Part shown: piece after piece, positions 17,926 to 26,659 of the stretch
Position numbering within the stretch: position 1 is the stretch's first letter
Layout of the letters: every line of letters starts with the position of its first letter
Origin: Candidatus Hodarchaeum mangrovi
GTDB taxonomy: Archaea > Asgardarchaeota > Heimdallarchaeia > Hodarchaeales > Hodarchaeaceae
NCBI GenBank assembly: GCA_016839515.1
Contig: JAEOUE010000132.1
Span: forward strand, 1 to 26,659
Length of the DNA: 26,659 bases
Direction: 5' to 3'
Made by a program: the position numbers and the translations under genes
Notes under the pieces: generated by a model
The model's input: only the letters and a program-made list of their open reading frames with translations
The model's database searches: none
Told to the model about the DNA's origin: nothing

Positions 17926-18672
17926 TTGATTGGGCTAGAATTTTTTGATAAAGAAACTGGAATTTTTTTATTTAGTTATGAATTTCGTCCAGATATTTTA
18001 TATAATTCAGAAATTCGCTCAGGTCTATTAACTGCAATTTTGAATATAATGCAAGAGACATTTGGGACACAATCATCAAAAACACGTAATATTACTTATG
18101 GAAAATATAGTGCTATTTTAGCTGAAGGAAATCATTTGTATGGTGTATTATTTTGCTATCAAACTGGCCCTATTTATGAACAATTTTTATATAATCTTGT
18201 TGAGCGATTTGAAACCATTTATCAAAAACAACTTGAGGAAGTGAAAATTAATTATCAAATTCCAACTGAATTTGAGAAGTTTAACCAGTATATAAGGAAG
18301 GAATATGATACTCTTCTTCAAGTTGATGTTTTACAGTTAAGTCGGCTATTAGAATTGATCCAATCATATAACGAAGTTATCTTTGACAATATGTTAATAT
18401 TTTCAAGACCTGAGATGAACCAAATATATACTGATTTAGGTTCTGAGTTTAGTAAATTTAGTGAAGAGATATCAAACACAATAAAAGTCATTCTTGAGCT
18501 TTCAGTAAAAACGGAATTTACTATTGAGCATTTTGAAATTGCTCTTTCTCCAACAAAATATTGCTTGATGTTTAACATTTCACCTTATTCAATTATTTTA
18601 TTCATTGATAAAAAACAGTTGGAATTCGCTAAATGGCGAATAAAAGAAACATCTAATACATTAAAGAGATGA
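17926..18672 (+). CDS. Longin-like domain fused to a roadblock-like domain
   Basis: The N-half FFDKETGIFLFSYEF...SGLLTAILNIMQETF...FLYNLVERFETIY...FEKF matches the Asgard longin pattern. The C-half has an alpha-beta-beta-alpha-beta-beta-beta-alpha hydrophobicity pattern like roadblock. Confidence 0.7.
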   Translation: MIGLEFFDKETGIFLFSYEFRPDILYNSEIRSGLLTAILNIMQETFGTQSSKTRNITYGKYSAILAEGNHLYGVLFCYQTGPIYEQFLYNLVERFETIYQKQLEEVKINYQIPTEFEKFNQYIRKEYDTLLQVDVLQLSRLLELIQSYNEVIFDNMLIFSRPEMNQIYTDLGSEFSKFSEEISNTIKVILELSVKTEFTIEHFEIALSPTKYCLMFNISPYSIILFIDKKQLEFAKWRIKETSNTLKR

Positions 18673-18763
18673 AATAAGACAATTTTAACTCTGATTTTAC
18701 AAGTAAAATAAACAATAAATTAGTTAATTACCAGTTTGAGAAACTTCAAAAAGCCTTAAATTT

Positions 18764-19765
18764 GTGAATATATCAATGCAAAATACCTTTCTTATTGGCA
18801 CATCAGGTTTTGGGTATAGTGATTGGGTTGAAAACAATGTTAAAACCCGTATCCCATTTTATCCACAATATATCAAAGATAATCAAAGATTAGCCTATTA
18901 TTCAGAGATATTTCCCACTGTAGAAATAAACACAACCTTTTATCATTATCCTCGTCCTAGTATAGTAGAAAGATGGGCAAAACAATCTCCTGAACATTTT
19001 ATTTTTTCATATAAAATCCCAAGGTTAATTACTCATGAAAGAAAACTTCAGGAAGATTATTGGGCTGATTTAATGCGATTTATAGAATTGATGAGCCCTT
19101 TAAATCGAAAATTAGGTCCAGCGTTACTTCAATTACCCCCAAAATTTTCTACCTCATATATGGGAAATCTAAAACTCTTTTTAAAGAATTGGCCATCAGA
19201 ATTACAACTCGCTGTTGAATTCAGGGAGCCTTCTTGGATTACGCAGCAAAATCTTCAAAAAACGCTCTCATTACTTACAAATGCTAATACTGCGTATTGT
19301 ATAGTAGATGAACCGTTATTACCTCCGATTACACCTACTACTGCTGACTTTTCTTATATTCGATTTCATGGACATGGCTTAAAACCTTGGTACAATTATG
19401 AGTATTCAGAAGAAGAATTAAAAAATTGGATTCCAAAATTAAAGGAACTTACTGAACGTACCCAAGAGGTTTTTACCTATTTCAATAATCATCCTGCAGG
19501 ATCAGCTCCATCTAATGCTAGACAACTTGCTATACTCCTGAAAATGCCATTAAAGAAATCGGAATCCATTGACATTGCACAAGTAAGAAAAAGGGCTGGA
19601 GATTCTCCTCAACACTCCTTAGAAACCTTCTTCCCGCCAAATAACTCTGATTTTCCCATTGTAGATAAATATATTAGATATTGTTCAGATTGTGGAGCTC
19701 CAGTATTACGAGAAGACTTGTTTTGTGAAAGTTGTGGTAATCAAATTGAACCCGAGGAGAATTAA
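18764..19765 (+). CDS. DUF72 (YecE-like) TIM-barrel protein with C-terminal PIP-box and zinc ribbon
   Basis: IGTSGF.Y..W, VEINTTFY, LLQLPPKF, AVEFR..SW, YIRFHG and YFNNH are DUF72 motifs. The tail has QHSLETFF and CSDCG-x8-CESCG. The likely start is ATG 18776. Confidence 0.9.
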   Translation: MNISMQNTFLIGTSGFGYSDWVENNVKTRIPFYPQYIKDNQRLAYYSEIFPTVEINTTFYHYPRPSIVERWAKQSPEHFIFSYKIPRLITHERKLQEDYWADLMRFIELMSPLNRKLGPALLQLPPKFSTSYMGNLKLFLKNWPSELQLAVEFREPSWITQQNLQKTLSLLTNANTAYCIVDEPLLPPITPTTADFSYIRFHGHGLKPWYNYEYSEEELKNWIPKLKELTERTQEVFTYFNNHPAGSAPSNARQLAILLKMPLKKSESIDIAQVRKRAGDSPQHSLETFFPPNNSDFPIVDKYIRYCSDCGAPVLREDLFCESCGNQIEPEEN

Positions 19766-20044
19766 TTTTAAAGAGAACGATTATTTAATCAGAAAGATTT
19801 TTAATTTGTAGTCTTTTAACCAATAAATGAGGGATATTTCCTAATTAAAAAAGTTGATGGGAATTTTGTTATTTTTAATCTCCCTGTGACTTATCTAATA
19901 GAATCCCTACATTAGATGTTTTCATTCCTACTCATTTACCATAGCACCCCTCCAATCCAATAACAGCTTCTCAAAATTGTCTTAAAATTTATTCTGGAGG
20001 GTTTTGACTGTTAAGGAGTCCAATGAATTTAGTCATCTGAAATT

Positions 20045-22312
20045 ATGGTTGGATTAATTACTTTGACCATTGAAATAAATGAAATCTGCAGTGAATGCCA
20101 TAGCTCGAATCGAAAAATCTACCGATGTAGTAAATGTGGAGCACAACTCTGCCTACATAATGTCAGAAGACATGAATGTCCAACAGATCTAGAAATATTA
20201 CGTCGAGAAAGACTTGGTTTAGGAAAAAAGGAAAAGGAAATTACTAAAACTGCCTGGGAAAATCTTCTCGAACACCAGAAAGGACATACTTTTGATGTTT
20301 TAATTAATGAAGATTTATCTATCTTAGTAGATCTTCCATACTATCCATTCCAAAGACTGACAGGATGGATCCCAGCACGAAGAGCGCACTATAAGGGGGA
20401 AAGAGAACGTGATATCAACGTAGAAGAATTATTTACCTATTTGGAGAAAGAAACCGATCAATCGAATTATAATCGCAAATTTTTTTACAATCCATGGGCA
20501 GAAGAACAATTCAATATATGGCAACGTTCATGGCGGAAATTACATGTTGAAACAGGATATTGGAAACAAAAAAACACCCATCGACCTACTAAATTTATTC
20601 TCCAATTCCCTCAGCTGGCAGAAAAAGATATTAAACAATTAATAAAAGCAGGATGCAAAATAATATATCAAGGAGATGCGGAACAGAAGATAAAACAACT
20701 AGCTGAAACCGCTTGTAAAGACTATCGGATTGATGTTAAAAATAAGCAAGACGCTCTTTATATAACATGGAATGAACCTTTTAATCGCTGGTTTCATTCG
20801 TTATTCAATGTCTTTGTGGAATTCATGGCCATTCGGGCAGAAGATGATCCAAATTCTGAATATATTCCCGTTATTCACCAGACTGGAAATAGAGAAGTAA
20901 GAATTCCTTATTTTGCTGCATTTAGAGCTAATTACTTTTGGCGCGTGATTAATGACTCGCTTAACTCTGAAGAGAAAGTAAAATTATTTGATCTAAACTT
21001 TATAGATTTTACTCCACCTGAAGAAAGCTGGGAAGGAGGAATAGACCCTCTTTATACTTTAAGGTCTTATCAAGAGGAAGGTATGAAAAAGTGGGTTGAG
21101 CAAAAATTTTTTGGAACTATTGAACTACCAACTGGGTCAGGCAAGACTCTACTTGGGATAGATGCTATTAATAAAATCCAACAACGAACCTTAATCCTTG
21201 TTCCAAATTTAGCATTAGTTGATCAGTGGGTTGGCCAGATTCGACGTTTTCTGGGGATCCCAAATGAACGAATTGGGATATTTAATGGGGAGAAAAAATT
21301 GTTTAAAGATCGACCCGTCGTTATTAGTACATATCAATTATTATCTCAATATTTACAGGATTATCATTCTTTAACTGGCAACCTTTCATTTGAAGTTCAG
21401 AGGGAAAAAGCCATCGTTGAGGACACTATCGGCTTTTTTACCGACAAATTTGGATTAATTATCGCTGATGAGGCTCATCACATTCAGGCTGAAACTTTTA
21501 GATATATTGCAGTTGATTTAGAAATACCACGTCGAATGGCTTTATCAGCAACCATTGAAAAAAGTGTACACTCATCATTGGTTGTTGCCACGATGGGACC
21601 TATTATTCACAAAATTGGTTATGGATTATTGGCTCGAGAAGGATTCATTGCTCCAATATATTATAGACAAATCCATATTCCCTTAACCGACGATGAAAAA
21701 ACCTATCTTAACAGGAAAGGAAAAAAAGCATATGGAAAAATCTCACGAGAAGCTGCGAATAAATATATAGCGATTTTAAGATTATTAGAGTCTCCTATTA
21801 CAACCCAAACTCTTATTTTTACATCCCGTATTTCTCATGCAACAAAAATTCACAAATTCTTAAAAGAAAATAACATTGAAACAACCTTATTAACAGGAAA
21901 TACTATTGTCAATGACAAAGAATTGAACCATATTTTGAATCAATTTCGAAATGGAATAATTAATACATTAGTTCTTGTTAAAATGCTAAATGAAGGATTT
22001 GATGCCCCTGCTGATACAGTTATTGTAGTTTCTGGGACAAGAAATAGAAGAGAACAGATTCAGCGTTATGGTAGAGCAACTAGACCTGGTAAGGTTGCAA
22101 AATTATTCGAATTGATAATTGATCCCATGGAATTGGATTATGAAGAAGAAATTGCCAAAGCACGAGATATTACTGACATTATTGAACCTCATGTTCAAGA
22201 TTTACTCTTAACCTATGATATTAAGCATGAAATTGATACATTAATCGAAAATATTAGAATCGGGTTCTATTCCAACCCCCAACAATTAAAAAAAGAATAT
22301 TTAATACAATAA
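20045..22312 (+). CDS. SF2 helicase, XPB/Rad25-like, with long N-terminal extension and AN1-like zinc finger
   Basis: LRSYQ (Q motif), LPTGSGKT, DEAHH, SAT, LNEGFD and QRYGRATR. N-terminal CSEC-x9-CSKC-x4-CLH-x4-HEC. Confidence 0.88.
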   Translation: MVGLITLTIEINEICSECHSSNRKIYRCSKCGAQLCLHNVRRHECPTDLEILRRERLGLGKKEKEITKTAWENLLEHQKGHTFDVLINEDLSILVDLPYYPFQRLTGWIPARRAHYKGERERDINVEELFTYLEKETDQSNYNRKFFYNPWAEEQFNIWQRSWRKLHVETGYWKQKNTHRPTKFILQFPQLAEKDIKQLIKAGCKIIYQGDAEQKIKQLAETACKDYRIDVKNKQDALYITWNEPFNRWFHSLFNVFVEFMAIRAEDDPNSEYIPVIHQTGNREVRIPYFAAFRANYFWRVINDSLNSEEKVKLFDLNFIDFTPPEESWEGGIDPLYTLRSYQEEGMKKWVEQKFFGTIELPTGSGKTLLGIDAINKIQQRTLILVPNLALVDQWVGQIRRFLGIPNERIGIFNGEKKLFKDRPVVISTYQLLSQYLQDYHSLTGNLSFEVQREKAIVEDTIGFFTDKFGLIIADEAHHIQAETFRYIAVDLEIPRRMALSATIEKSVHSSLVVATMGPIIHKIGYGLLAREGFIAPIYYRQIHIPLTDDEKTYLNRKGKKAYGKISREAANKYIAILRLLESPITTQTLIFTSRISHATKIHKFLKENNIETTLLTGNTIVNDKELNHILNQFRNGIINTLVLVKMLNEGFDAPADTVIVVSGTRNRREQIQRYGRATRPGKVAKLFELIIDPMELDYEEEIAKARDITDIIEPHVQDLLLTYDIKHEIDTLIENIRIGFYSNPQQLKKEYLIQ

Positions 22313-22341
22313 GAAAAAAAGAAGGATAAAAAAAATTCTTC

Positions 22342-22827
22342 TTATTCAGCTTGACGAACTGTATGTTGATTGAACAACATATCATTCTTAAAAGCAGCCT
22401 GTCTAATGACTAATTCTTCTGTGTTTGCTTCTTCTTCAATTTGTTCTGTGACAAACCATTGAAGAAGTTGCCATGGATTAAAATCTTTCTCTTGTTCAGT
22501 AAGTATAACTAGATCACGAATACAATTAGTAATATATTGCTCATGTGAGTAAGCTGTTTTTACAATCTCCTCAACAGAGGTCCATTCTGATTTGGGTTGA
22601 GGTATTTGTGATAGAGTAACTTTTCCACCAACATCTATAATATAATTAATGAATTTATAAGCATGCGAAAGCTCTTCATTATATTGAGCGAAAAACCAAG
22701 AACTAAGATTCTTATAGGCATGTTCTTTAAGCCAAATACTCATAGAAAGATAGATATAGGCACTATTCAATTCTTCTTGAATTTGTTTATTAAATGCTTG
22801 ATTGATTTTTTCTGAAATTAAAGCCAT
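22342..22827 (-). CDS. ftnA: Non-heme ferritin
   Basis: Ferroxidase-centre motifs EELNSAYIY, EELSHA, HEQYIT and WFVTEQIEEE; 161 aa; SD-like AGGAG upstream. Confidence 0.92.
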   Translation of the reverse strand: MALISEKINQAFNKQIQEELNSAYIYLSMSIWLKEHAYKNLSSWFFAQYNEELSHAYKFINYIIDVGGKVTLSQIPQPKSEWTSVEEIVKTAYSHEQYITNCIRDLVILTEQEKDFNPWQLLQWFVTEQIEEEANTEELVIRQAAFKNDMLFNQHTVRQAE

Positions 22828-23008
22828 TGCTTTTATCTCCTGTAATTTTATATTTTAAGATCAAGTTTCAGCTGAAAGATAATTAATTTACTTTGTTTTT
22901 TTCAGAATATTTAGCTAGGAGATTTAATGAAATATGCTTTTAGGAAAAAATATCAATAAAGGAAAATTTTATAATTTAGTAAATCCGTTTATCTCTGCTA
23001 GAAGGAGA

Positions 23009-24265
23009 TTACATCTCTATTGTATCTTGATTAAGGGTTTTGATATTTTCTAGATCCTTAGACCGATAAATTAAGAATAAAAAAAAAGTAATAACAAGAA
23101 TTAAAACTCCTGTGACTTGAAAGACAGAAATCAGTCCATAATTATCCCAAATTGGCCCTAAACTTACAGTAGATAAGGTTCGTCCAAAAGATACATAAAA
23201 ACCCAATGCTCCAAGGGTAGCTCCTCTCAAATGATCTGGTCCTCTTCTTGCTACCTCTCCGTTTTCAGCTGTATAACCAGTAATGATAGCAGCATTTAAA
23301 ATAACATAAAGAAGTATAATAAGCCAAAAATCAACAATGAAAATAAAACTCAATACACAGAGGGAGATGATAATAAGCGATATGGTAATAATAGAAGAGA
23401 ATTTCAGTTTATCTGTTAGATTTCCTAAAGAGGGTTTGAACCAGATTATTATCAAAGTTGCCCAGAAGGCGATTTCAGCAACTGACCCTCTAGTATAACC
23501 CCGAGAAATAATAATTAATGGTAGGAATGTCGTAACCATAAATTCAGTAAAAGCTAACACAATTTGAAATATATATACTTCATGCAATTCATTTAGCCGT
23601 GTTATCGAACTAAGCCTTTTAAACGAGAAGAAAAAAGATTGAAATAACTCACGAAAGACATTTTCGGTTATTTTACGCTTTTGATGATTTAATCCTTCAG
23701 GTAATAGAATGAATGATACTATTCCAGAGAAAATTCCTAAGATTACTATAATAAAAAAAAGCTCTTTTAATTCCCAGTGTAGACTATCCAAAATATATTT
23801 TGATAATAATGATCCAATAATTACCCCAGCATCGCTTAACTGGAAAATTCGTCCATTTGATTTCCCAAAATTATTAGGAGTGAAATCTGCGATGTATCCA
23901 AATATTGAAGGCCAGAAAGCTGACATCCCAAAGGCAACTAAGATTGTAGCGATAAGAACAAAAGTCCAATCTGATGCAAAAACTAGGAATCCTAGTGCAA
24001 AGGTATAGCAAAAATGTCCAGTAAGGATTAAAGGTTTTCTTCCAATGATTTGTGACAATTCTCCTAATGGAATTCGAAAAAACATCTGTAAAAAATTCCG
24101 TAGTGAAACAATAAGTGTAATTATAGCAATTTCTGTTAATAGATCTTCCTGAAGAAATATTACGACATAACTATTGAAAATAACTAATTGAAAACTGGCT
24201 AAGAGAGTCGCAAATCCCCCAATCCAAATAGCTCTTGTATTGTTTGAATTAAATTGAAAACGCAT
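23009..24265 (-). CDS. Major facilitator superfamily transporter
   Basis: About 12 hydrophobic segments in 418 aa. Motif A-like GELSQIIGRK, repeated as GNLTDKLKF. Confidence 0.9.
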   Translation of the reverse strand: MRFQFNSNNTRAIWIGGFATLLASFQLVIFNSYVVIFLQEDLLTEIAIITLIVSLRNFLQMFFRIPLGELSQIIGRKPLILTGHFCYTFALGFLVFASDWTFVLIATILVAFGMSAFWPSIFGYIADFTPNNFGKSNGRIFQLSDAGVIIGSLLSKYILDSLHWELKELFFIIVILGIFSGIVSFILLPEGLNHQKRKITENVFRELFQSFFFSFKRLSSITRLNELHEVYIFQIVLAFTEFMVTTFLPLIIISRGYTRGSVAEIAFWATLIIIWFKPSLGNLTDKLKFSSIITISLIIISLCVLSFIFIVDFWLIILLYVILNAAIITGYTAENGEVARRGPDHLRGATLGALGFYVSFGRTLSTVSLGPIWDNYGLISVFQVTGVLILVITFFLFLIYRSKDLENIKTLNQDTIEM

Positions 24266-24299
24266 TCATTTCATAACCCCTTATAAAACTGATTATGGA

Positions 24300-25103
24300 C
24301 TATCGTTCTCTAGAATCGAACTTTCTTACTTCTAATGGATCAACTTTTGTTCTGAGTAGTTCTAATTCCGTTTCTGAGGGAGGAGGGGTTACAGGGGTTT
24401 CTTTAGGAATTTCTAAACTAAATCCTGTATTTTCTTGCACTTCTTCAGGAGAGGAGGATTCATGAATACTTTTGACCTGTAGTTTCCCGGAGAGAGGTTC
24501 TATCCTAAAAATACAAAGATCGGTTATGATAGTTGTTAATCCTTGATATTGATCAAGCCCTACTTTTTTACGCCATTGGGGAGATGTACCTCTGCCAGTA
24601 ATAAAGTCAACTTTCCCAACAAACGTTCGTGTATCATGTCGAGGAATATAAGCAAGAACCCGATGACATGTATTGATTATGTCTCCAACAGCAGCCCCAC
24701 CAGGAAATCTTACTTTGGGGTGTTGATAATCTCCAATCACACTATTATTGATATTACCCCATTGATCAATTTGGGCTGGTCTGATAATCCCAAAATCTAG
24801 GGTTAATTTTGGCCCTTCCCAATAATTATATAAGGAAATTAGTCGACCAAAACCTTTAGCGCGAGAATATGCTTTGTTAAATGCTTCTAAATCAATCATA
24901 ATTGCAAAAAGGTCGATATCTAAGTCGGGGTTAATCCAATATCCTCCATACAAAAATTCAAGGTTAGGAGCATGAGTCATTCTGGCGAGTTGGATCGCAA
25001 CTACAGCTGTAGGAATAGCAATTCCTGTGTAACATTTTTCTCTATCTCTAATCTCGTGGGCTAATGAAACTGTGATTTGATCAATTACTTCATAATCACT
25101 CAT
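24300..25103 (-). CDS. Class I CoA-transferase-like beta subunit (GctB/CatJ/IpdB family), catalytic Glu apparently absent
   Basis: THAPNL, AQIDQWGNIN, RFPGGAA, VDFITG, IITDL, VQENTGF and PPPSETELELLR. The expected ESG motif reads YGGY. Confidence 0.85.
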   Translation of the reverse strand: MSDYEVIDQITVSLAHEIRDREKCYTGIAIPTAVVAIQLARMTHAPNLEFLYGGYWINPDLDIDLFAIMIDLEAFNKAYSRAKGFGRLISLYNYWEGPKLTLDFGIIRPAQIDQWGNINNSVIGDYQHPKVRFPGGAAVGDIINTCHRVLAYIPRHDTRTFVGKVDFITGRGTSPQWRKKVGLDQYQGLTTIITDLCIFRIEPLSGKLQVKSIHESSSPEEVQENTGFSLEIPKETPVTPPPSETELELLRTKVDPLEVRKFDSRER

Positions 25104-25105
25104 TA

Positions 25106-25942
25106 CTATTCCTCCTTACTGGGTTTATTCAATATATGCTCATCTAGATATGCTTGAAAACCTTCAGGATAATTTGACATCCCTGAATAAGTCATAATAT
25201 GACCAATTTCTCCTGCATAAAGAGGTGGAAATCCTGTTGGATATGCTCCTCTAGGTGTTTCAACTATATAATCGACATCAAGACAGGAAAACATAACTGA
25301 ATGGCCCTTTTCTATTAATTCTCGACCTTCTGTATTAGAAATGATTTTTTCTACACTCACAAAGAGTTTTTTGCTACATAATGCTGGGAGGATGGAAAAA
25401 TCTTCCAAAACAACTTTTGAGGGATAAAAGACATTTCCATTATTATCCGCAGCATAGGAATGGATAATAGCGACATCAGGATTAAGAGCTGGCACTTCTA
25501 TATAAGATTTATAATCTATAGTGACTTCTGTAAAATCCTTTCTTACCTTAACCAAATCAGAACCAAGAAGTGATCTAATAGCAATTTTAGGCACCCCTAA
25601 TGCTCCTGCTTGATATGCACGAATCATGGACATTTCAGTCCATTCGAAAAACTCAAGAGAATGATCCTTCTCAATTGCACGACGAAAATTTCGGGCCATA
25701 CCAATCATAGGTAATCCTACATATGAAGCATGAAGGGAGCGAATTGCTCCAACACCTACTAAGAGGTCAATATCTAGATCTCCAATGAGGGTTATTGCAT
25801 TTAATTCTTTAATTCCTTGACGAATAATCTCTCGTACGACTTCCATGGGTTTCATGAACATAGCACCCCCACCGAAAGCGATTTTTAACCCAGGTTTGAT
25901 AGCTTCAGTTACCAATGTAGAGAGAGATCCCATTCTAACCAT
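25106..25942 (-). CDS. Class I CoA-transferase-like alpha subunit (GctA/CatI/IpdA family)
   Basis: IAFGG...KPM, QAGALGVP, LLGSD, PALNPDVAIIH..AD..GN and PRGAYP. It lies 2 bp upstream of the beta subunit. Confidence 0.88.
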   Translation of the reverse strand: MVRMGSLSTLVTEAIKPGLKIAFGGGAMFMKPMEVVREIIRQGIKELNAITLIGDLDIDLLVGVGAIRSLHASYVGLPMIGMARNFRRAIEKDHSLEFFEWTEMSMIRAYQAGALGVPKIAIRSLLGSDLVKVRKDFTEVTIDYKSYIEVPALNPDVAIIHSYAADNNGNVFYPSKVVLEDFSILPALCSKKLFVSVEKIISNTEGRELIEKGHSVMFSCLDVDYIVETPRGAYPTGFPPLYAGEIGHIMTYSGMSNYPEGFQAYLDEHILNKPSKEE

Positions 25943-26585
25943 TTTTTCTTCATCCTATTCGCTTAAAACAGAAACTATTGATTTAAAACATCTGATTGTT
26001 GGTAGTTAAGAATAACATAAAATCATCTATTCATAAAAATAAGTATTTTTACTCCTTACAAATAATTATTTTCATCTTAATATAAATAATTGATATGTTA
26101 ATTATCAGTTAGCTCTTTTTTTTCCCTTAATTTATTTCCTAATAGAAGCTCTACTATCCTGAAAAAGAATTATCAATGAAAGTGATTATTAATTAACAGT
26201 GTCCTAATCTTATGGGAAGATAGAAATAGAAATTTAAAAGGCAGAATTATTAATAGGAGTTAAATTGTTATTTGTAAAGACCTAAAAACATCTTTAATTT
26301 CATATTTTATTATATGTAAGGAAATTTAAAACAAAAAACTTTTCGCCATTAACTAAAATTTAAAATAGAAGTACGATTCAAAGATTAATTGAAACACATG
26401 AAAGCTGTTCTAAAACATTAAATAGTCTAGAAATAGATACGAAAAGGTAGCCTAGTGAAATGAATCTACCTCAATAATGATGAATTCAATTCAAATTGAA
26501 ATTTTCTCTTCTAGAGAATGCATATTAGAATTCAATGTTATTAGAACCTTTTGTAAGCATTCGATAAATGAAAGTGACTATTATT

Positions 26586-26659
26586 ATGCTAACAAGAAGA
26601 ATGGGTAAAAGTAACATAAAAGTTAGTGGGTTGGGAATGGGATGTTGGGCGATTGGAGG
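26586..26659 (+). CDS. Aldo/keto reductase, N-terminus only (3' truncated by window edge)
   Basis: Manual translation MLTRRMGKSNIKVSGLGMGCWAIG(G) is the typical AKR start (RxLGxxxxxVSxlGlGxW). Not in the ORF track. Confidence 0.85.
   Translation, partial: MLTRRMGKSNIKVSGLGMGCWAIG

Noticed and set aside
1111-24800. Short overlapping ORFs in the track (e.g. 1111-1305, 2884-3081, 3907-4206, 4151-4348, 7417-7743, 10427-10624, 10978-11223, 13262-13471, 17010-17204, 18318-18578, 23709-24008, 24543-24800)
   Set aside because: They lie antisense to, or out of frame within, well-supported genes and show no recognisable motifs, so they are treated as shadow ORFs.
25943-26585. Long, very AT-rich gap as a possible CRISPR leader/array, origin or pseudogene
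   Set aside because: No regularly spaced repeats, ORB-like boxes or recognisable coding remnants were seen. It is most simply a divergent promoter region.

Overview
An AT-rich, gene-dense archaeal window. It is most likely from an Asgard archaeon (Heimdallarchaeia/Hodarchaeales-like); this is inferred from a longin/roadblock protein, a Ras-superfamily GTPase, a PolB2 cassette and a CTERM-type surface-protein tail. From left to right it holds: the C-terminus of a membrane-anchored surface protein; a PadR-Hsp20 operon; a Nudix hydrolase; a Trp-type nucleoside hydrolase divergent from a UPRT-fold phosphoribosyltransferase; an SDR; a GNAT fused to an SSB-like OB fold; a more GC-rich minus-strand cassette (inactive RadA-like ATPase, 93-aa arCOG07300-like protein, PolB2 with a 531-aa LAGLIDADG intein); and a second GNAT. 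Then come a three-gene candidate signalling module (1307-aa helical protein ending in a roadblock-like domain, a 459-aa GTPase with two large insertions and a polybasic tail, a longin+roadblock protein), a DUF72 protein with a PIP box and zinc ribbon, an XPB-like helicase with an N-terminal zinc finger, ferritin, an MFS transporter, a class I CoA-transferase-like alpha/beta pair with an IpdAB-like catalytic arrangement, and the start of an aldo/keto reductase. The best candidate for an undescribed system is the giant roadblock protein / inserted GTPase / longin-roadblock operon, followed by the intein-bearing PolB2 mutasome-like cassette. No rRNA, tRNA, CRISPR array or IS element was seen. All calls come from reading motifs by eye, without database searches.
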